From Haplodiscus bocki (lineage: Eukaryota), in contig OZ296655.1 of assembly GCA_965655095.1 (NCBI GenBank), positions 31,310,001 to 31,374,000 on the forward strand: DNA of 64,000 bases, in the 5' to 3' direction. A program made the translations under genes and the position numbers. Below are positions 58,872-64,000 of this stretch, piece by piece. The stretch's first letter is position 1. Each line of letters starts with the position of its first letter. The notes below the pieces were generated by a model, which saw nothing but the letters and a program-made list of their open reading frames with translations, did not search any database and had not been told where the DNA came from.

Positions 58872-61299
58872 AAGTCTGAAAAAAACACAATACACATAGC
58901 CGGTTCGACTACCAAACTAATTTCATTTCTGAGAATTGGTTTACAAATCAGTTGAAGACGACTCCTCTGTTCTCTGTTGCGCTAAGGGTGGAAAATTTTC
59001 AGGTGGAATTTCCGGATTAATAAAATAAAAATTTCTCAGTGAAAACGAAATTATACATTTATAAAAAAGCGAATGCAACTAAAAGCTAATTATGCACGTG
59101 ACACCTCCATCAAAAATCTGCAAATAAACTTAAACCGACAGTTCTCATCACCCTAGGAACGCGATATTTTATAACTACCAAAAATATGTTTTTATGCTAT
59201 ATTTATGTTTCGTTTGCAATTCACTTCAAAGAAAGAATAAATTGCGGAATGATTGTATGAATATTTCAAAAAATATTCAAAAACAAATACCTCCGAATGG
59301 ATTGATAAACGCAGTCATTGGACCCCCTCGACATCTACAATAATTTTGCTTGAAGGAATGCAAATCTCATATAAAATGGAAATCTTATAGTGAGCTGTGT
59401 CAAGGCTTTTCAAAACTATCGAAACTTTTCTGACGTCATTGCCGAAGTAACGCAGCAAGCAAGAGAAAATGGCAAGCCAGTAAAAAGTGAGTAAAGAAAA
59501 CTCAGTGATAGTGTTTCGGCTGTTACTGATGTTCCTGGAATCGAAACTTTGCTTTAATCGAATTTCTGGCTGAAATTATTGGAACTTGTTTTGAAACTGT
59601 CGGAAATAATCATTATCTTCTGAAAGCTCTATAAGTGATTTTATCTTGGGCTTTCAATATAACATCGTAATTTCGCCAACTTTAATGATTTTTGCCATCT
59701 TCTATGTTCTCAATATTGAACCTTGTCACTAATTCTTGAGAAAATCTTCAAGATTAGCCAATAAAAATGCATATGTTATCTTTATTGGATAGAATTGTAT
59801 GTAACACGTCAACCTAAATCAGTGCTTTTAAGAAGCTTATCTCAAGAAGTACCCAAATTCTTCCTCTTTGCAAATTCTTCCGATAATTAATTCTTTTATA
59901 AAATCTTACTCTCTGAAATGTCACAGTAGTCCGCTGATTATTTTACTGAATATTATTGACAAAAGGGTCACGGAGCTTCGATGAGAATATTTATTGGTCT
60001 GCCGACGCGGACACTAAAAAGACAACAAACCATTTGTTCACAGCACAAATCGGAGGTGATTGAAAAAAAGTTTCATTTTTGAGAAGCTCAAACGAAAGAA
60101 TTGTCATCACAACTTCATCATCTTGGGTCGTCAACACTTGTCTGAAAACGGATGATTGAGATGAAACTGTGGTAAGCGGATTGGCACATCAAGGATTGAC
60201 TTCCGAAGAACTGTGTACTTGTCAAGCAATGGCAATTCGAGTCGGACAAAAGCCTGATTCTTTTTTCAATTCACGGAAGTCTAGGAACGTAATTTTTTTC
60301 CGACGGGAAAGTTCCTGTCTTTGTGACAAAAACCACAAGTTTTTCTCTGCTTCCATGCTAAAGGTAGTGGTTTGTACGTTTGCGTCTGCCACAAATCACG
60401 AAATTCGAATGCTCTATGTCATTGGAGAAAGCTCCTCGAGAAGAGCCATCGACACAGCCCCAGCGCCAATCCGCAAAGTATTCAACGAAAAGTATTGGAA
60501 GTGCCCGGATTGAGTTTTCATCCAGCAGCGAAAAAACCCGACAAGCAACTGCAAAATCGTCTTAGAAAAGGTATCAAAACTAACAAAAATATCATCACCT
60601 GGCAAGATCTTCAGAAAATTTCTTTCCCCGCACAAGAGCAACCGCAATCCGAGGTGCTCGCCAGACGTTCTTCTCAACATTCTGGAACCCTTCCGAAACC
60701 GGATTAGTGCCGTCATTAGAGCAATCAAAGCATTGGACACCCTGACATACACAAACGTCTGGTTCGGGCCTCACAAGTAACAATCAGTCCAAAGAAACAC
60801 TCGCTTTCAAGTCGAAAGAAACAGTCAGCTGATTTCATTCAAGAACTGTGGAAAATGCACCCCTTGAAACGCATTGAAGTCCATACCCTTCCTATATTTC
60901 TGAAGCATCAGAAAATTTTACCGAGGTTGCTGAGAAAGAATCGATTAAAGTCAGAGAAGAACCTGTCACAGAAACGACGGAAGCGGATTGCAAAGAAGCA
61001 AGAGTTAGTATTTTGTCGCTAAACGCCTAAACGTTTTACCGTAATACATTTTGTGACTTCTTCGGTGTTTAGGCACCCGATTGTCGTCAAATGCGATCTG
61101 TTTCGCAACGTTCTTCGTTAAGGCGAACGTAGCGTCCTCTAACATGGGTTACACTTCTGTGGTTTTCTCTTGGTGACTTCTTGAGTGTTCAGTCACTCGA
61201 TTGTCATCAAATTTGAAAAAGTGCCCTTTCACAATTAGACCCAAATTTTACGGAGAATAACTATTTCCCACTGTTGAAAAAGCCGCAAATAGATGAGTT

Positions 61300-64000
61300 G
61301 TTCACTTGTAAATTATGGCAGAAAGTGAATCAAACGGTTCCAGTGTGGAACCAAAGACAGACATTTGGAAATTGATCCGTATTCGCGGCGGGAACAAAGG
61401 TGCCTCCACAAAATCGGAGCCCAAAAAAGATTTGATGTTATCGCGGTCGATAGTGAATAAGGAACAACTCTGCAGCAGAAGCCCTTTTAGCTTCTCCAAA
61501 AAATCGATGGAACTTAGTTCACAGCTACGATGCCGAAATCGAACTTTTGACAGCGGATGTGGAGGAACTGAGTGCTGAAATTGAGTCCAATGTTGTTTCT
61601 GATGACAAGGCCAGTATTTCCAGAGCACGTTTAGAGTCGCCCACTAATAAATACAAAAAGAAACGTCAGGTAGATCTTAGAAAAAAGAAGGTGCTTCGGC
61701 AACCACAACAAGTAAAATTAAACAGCCAAAACTGCAACTACCAAGATTTACTTGCACATACACCGAGTGGACTTCATTCATAGATCTTTTCGGGGCGTCT
61801 GTAGATTCAAACACAGAACTCACTTACTCGGAACAGCTAAATTACCTTCGAGCGTGCCTCAAGTGCGACGTTGCGAAAGTAATATGCTCAGTTATGATCA
61901 CTGACGCGAATTATGAAATTGCCCTGACTCTCTTCCAAGAAAGGTACGAAAAAAAACTCTGCATTGTGCAGGCACATTTCAACATGATATGGTCCTAACC
62001 AAGCATGAAGTCTGAGTCTGAGTTAGGGTTGCGCAAAATTTCAGAGACAACAAACGAACAATCGCGAGATCTACCAGACGGGTGAGACTCCTGTTTATTT
62101 TCTGGTTAACGAAGGAATTGGACAATGAGTTGAAAAACAATGGCATTTAGCTCATCCATGCACAGATCTTCTGAAGTAGCAAGACTCTAGAAATAGAGCT
62201 CTCGAGCTTGGTAATATAAGGGAATATTCCACAGCCCATTCGAAAAACACAACTCAAAACAAGAAAATAGGATTCAATCTTACTCAACAGTGAGCACTTG
62301 TAACGAATCTTGCTCTGAATTTCACAAAATTGATGCGCGTCCGCAGTTTAAAAACACGTCTGTCTCCAACAGAACGAAACTAGCACGATCAAAACAATTG
62401 TGTTTCAATTGTTTGCGAACGAACCACAGTGTAAGTGCTCGTAGCTCCAAAAACACCAGCAGGGAGTGCAAAATGAAGCACCACGCTTTCTTATATCGCA
62501 CAAGAAATAGCAAGCAAATTCATCCAAAAAAGACGATTAAGACTAATGCATCTAGTACTGAGTCCGAAGATAAACCTCCAGCAGCTGTTGTGCTACTCAC
62601 TGCAAAGTGTCACATGAAGGCCAACAGCACTACCCTTCCTCCACTAGTTCGAAGTTTAGTAATGTTTCATCGTCAACAGCTTACATTTCGTTCCGTGACA
62701 ATATTAACAATGAAATACCGAAGCGTGCAGTTATTGACTACAGCTCTCAAGCCACTTTATACCAGAGGCTAAGGCCAAGCCCCTTATTCTTGCAATTGTA
62801 AAGCTACAGACACCAATTGCTGCTCTCAGATCAGCACAGGCAGAGAACGCTAAGCATGATTGTCATGAAAATCAAGGACGTTGTTGAAGAAAACTTGCAC
62901 GTAATTCGAAAATTACGAACAAAACACGAACACAACCTATCGATGTTACACAATTTCGTCAAGTCAATAATCTGCATCTCGCAGATCCAAAGTTCAACGT
63001 GCCTGGCAAGACAGACAATCTTCTGGGCGTGGATGTCCTCGACGAGGTTCTGTTAATTAACCCAATCAAGGATAGGAGGTAGTTGTCAATTGTTTCTGGT
63101 CCCGTCCAAAAGCCAGAATTTGAAAACAAAAATCCCATTTCCACCAATGCTTTTTCAATTGTATTCTGAAGCAAAACTGAGGACCTAAATTCAAAATTTT
63201 CGGAATTAGAACGCGTACCCGATTAAAAACATTTCTTCCCGAAAATAGAAGCGACAGTCACTAAGATCGAGAATGAGAGCGGAAGACTAAGTGCCAGTTT
63301 GCTGTTCAACCGCCTTTCAACAAAGTTGCAAACTAAGGTCCAAGTAAGCCTGTCGCCATCAAGAGATTACGCAATTTAGAGAAAAAACGAACAATGCCAA
63401 GCTACGCGAAGAGTACAGTAAATTTGTGAACGAATTCATCGATCTGGGTCACTTAGAAAACGTGTCTGAAAAGCAATTAGGGTCACAAACAAGCTATTTT
63501 TTACCGCATCAGAAAAAAGGACAGTTCGATCTGAGAAAGCGGACGTGCAATGAATCACGTCAGTTCACCGCCGCCGGAATCTTGCGAGGCCAATGAGGAC
63601 CTACAATTCCAGCAAGACACGCACACAAGAAAAACACCAGGAAAGGTTGGGAACCAATTTGACGTTTCTCACTTCAAGGTCACGGAATTTAATACAACAA
63701 TTTCGTAAGAAACACCCACAAAACGGCAAGTCCTGAGTGACATTGCAAGGATTTTTGACCCTTTGGGTTGACTTTCACCAATAAGCATCAAATTGAAAAG
63801 TTTAATGCAGAAGATTGGACTGGCCAAATTACAGTGGGAAGAAAGTCTTTCCGCCGACCTGGCAAAAACTTTTTAGAATGGAGGTCGAAGATGAGTGAAC
63901 TTTGAGACATAAAACTTAGAAGGTTCGTTCTCAAAACAAAACAGTCGCATCTAATTGACTTGCACGTGTTTTGTGACGCGTCAAAGACTGGCTATGGCGT
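61300..64000 (+). mobile_element. Degenerate Bel/Pao LTR retrotransposon, continuing past the window end (left boundary approximate)
   Basis: DUF1759-like DLFGASVDSN...LNYLRACL...ITDANYEIALTLFQERY, zinc knuckles LCFNCL...H and C..KHH, EFIDLGHLE...YFLPH, KRQVLSDIARIFDPLG, LHVFCDASKTGYG. The RT core appears deleted after LPH (~63510). Confidence 0.88.

Noticed and set aside
60060-61300. ORFs 60169-60783 as a gene, or the LTR of the Bel/Pao element
   Set aside because: No recognisable domain and no partner LTR or clear PBS in the window, so it is left unassigned.

Overview
Eukaryotic, AT-rich, invertebrate-like animal genomic DNA. The organism cannot be fixed from this window. Five intact housekeeping genes all lie on the minus strand: UBXN1 (7 exons), ATP6V0D1 (3 exons), LSM3, EXOC4/Sec8 and TOM22. 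Two decayed, co-linear Polinton/Maverick (adintovirus-like) elements bracket the 5' end of UBXN1. E1 (10594-25234) is full length, with ~110-bp TIRs and a 6-bp TSD (TTTGTG), and sits in UBXN1 intron 3. E2 (from ~28686 to ~41830) has lost its right end and starts ~1.1 kb upstream of the UBXN1 ATG. Both encode pPolB, an adenain-like protease, major and minor capsid proteins, a core protein, an integrase and a packaging ATPase. Comparing the two copies shows four unusual shared features. (1) The pPolB gene carries short GT-AG spliceosomal introns at matching positions. (2) Splicing would add an acidic tail ending in CPFID(D/Y)EA. (3) The integrase has an N-terminal PHD finger and no C-terminal chromodomain. 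(4) A terminal ORF carries an HUH-like motif and CxCxxC. Also present are a Ty1/copia remnant with a fold-back duplication, a Bel/Pao remnant, a CGGBP1-like hAT deletion derivative with a 9-bp TSD, and Helentron/HINE-like elements carrying tRNA-derived cassettes. All calls come from reading the sequence by eye; no searches were run.
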